Of a stretch of DNA of 42,040 nt, positions 41,970 to 42,040 are shown in pieces (the stretch's first letter is position 1; every line of letters starts with the position of its first letter). The DNA is taken from NCBI GenBank assembly GCA_008369845.1, contig MRSU01001727.1:1-42040 (forward strand), in the 5' to 3' direction. The translations under genes and the position numbers were made by a program. The notes under the pieces were generated by a model. That model saw only the letters and a list, made by a program, of their open reading frames with translations, had not been told where the DNA came from and searched no databases. The DNA comes from Trichomonas gallinae. Its lineage: Eukaryota.

Positions 41970-42040
41970 CTCGGTCACCGGGAATCGAACCCGGATCAAA
42001 AGAACGACAATCTTACATGATAACCATTACACTATGACCG
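41970..42040 (-). tRNA. tRNA-Asp(GTC); first base lies just outside the window
   Basis: (T)CGGTCA/TGACCGA acceptor stem, G73, G10-U25 D stem, anticodon loop TT-GTC-GT and CCGGG-TTCGATT-CCCGG T arm. Confidence 0.95.

Overview
AT-rich, intron-free, gene-dense eukaryotic DNA. It most resembles Trichomonas vaginalis or a close parabasalid (inferred from TCAYT Inr-like starts, AAAGTGAC promoter motifs, TAA/TAAA gene ends and typical expanded families). It holds about 18 intact genes: three BAR/F-BAR-like proteins, AP-2 alpha adaptin, a PP2A-A-like HEAT protein, Rab, R2R3 Myb, WDR17, TBC-TLDc, a PPP phosphatase, a Pmp-like surface protein with TPSS repeats, a GAF-PDE, a CCDC87-like protein, a SuhB-like inositol monophosphatase and several orphans. 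There are also about four decayed genes, tRNA-Asp(GTC) at the right edge and several intergenic tandem repeats. The most striking unexplained signal is a set of long, bulge-free intergenic fold-backs. Two are in tandem at 36715-36947 (49- and 39-position stems), and a 32+12 bp pair lies at 40431-40545. Their imperfections are mostly G-U wobbles on the + strand, which suggests unannotated hairpin RNA genes or small-RNA precursors. A pair of small paralogues with an internally duplicated RGxYxxYxxA motif flanks WDR17, and one copy has an in-frame TAA. All calls come from reading the sequence by eye; no searches were run.
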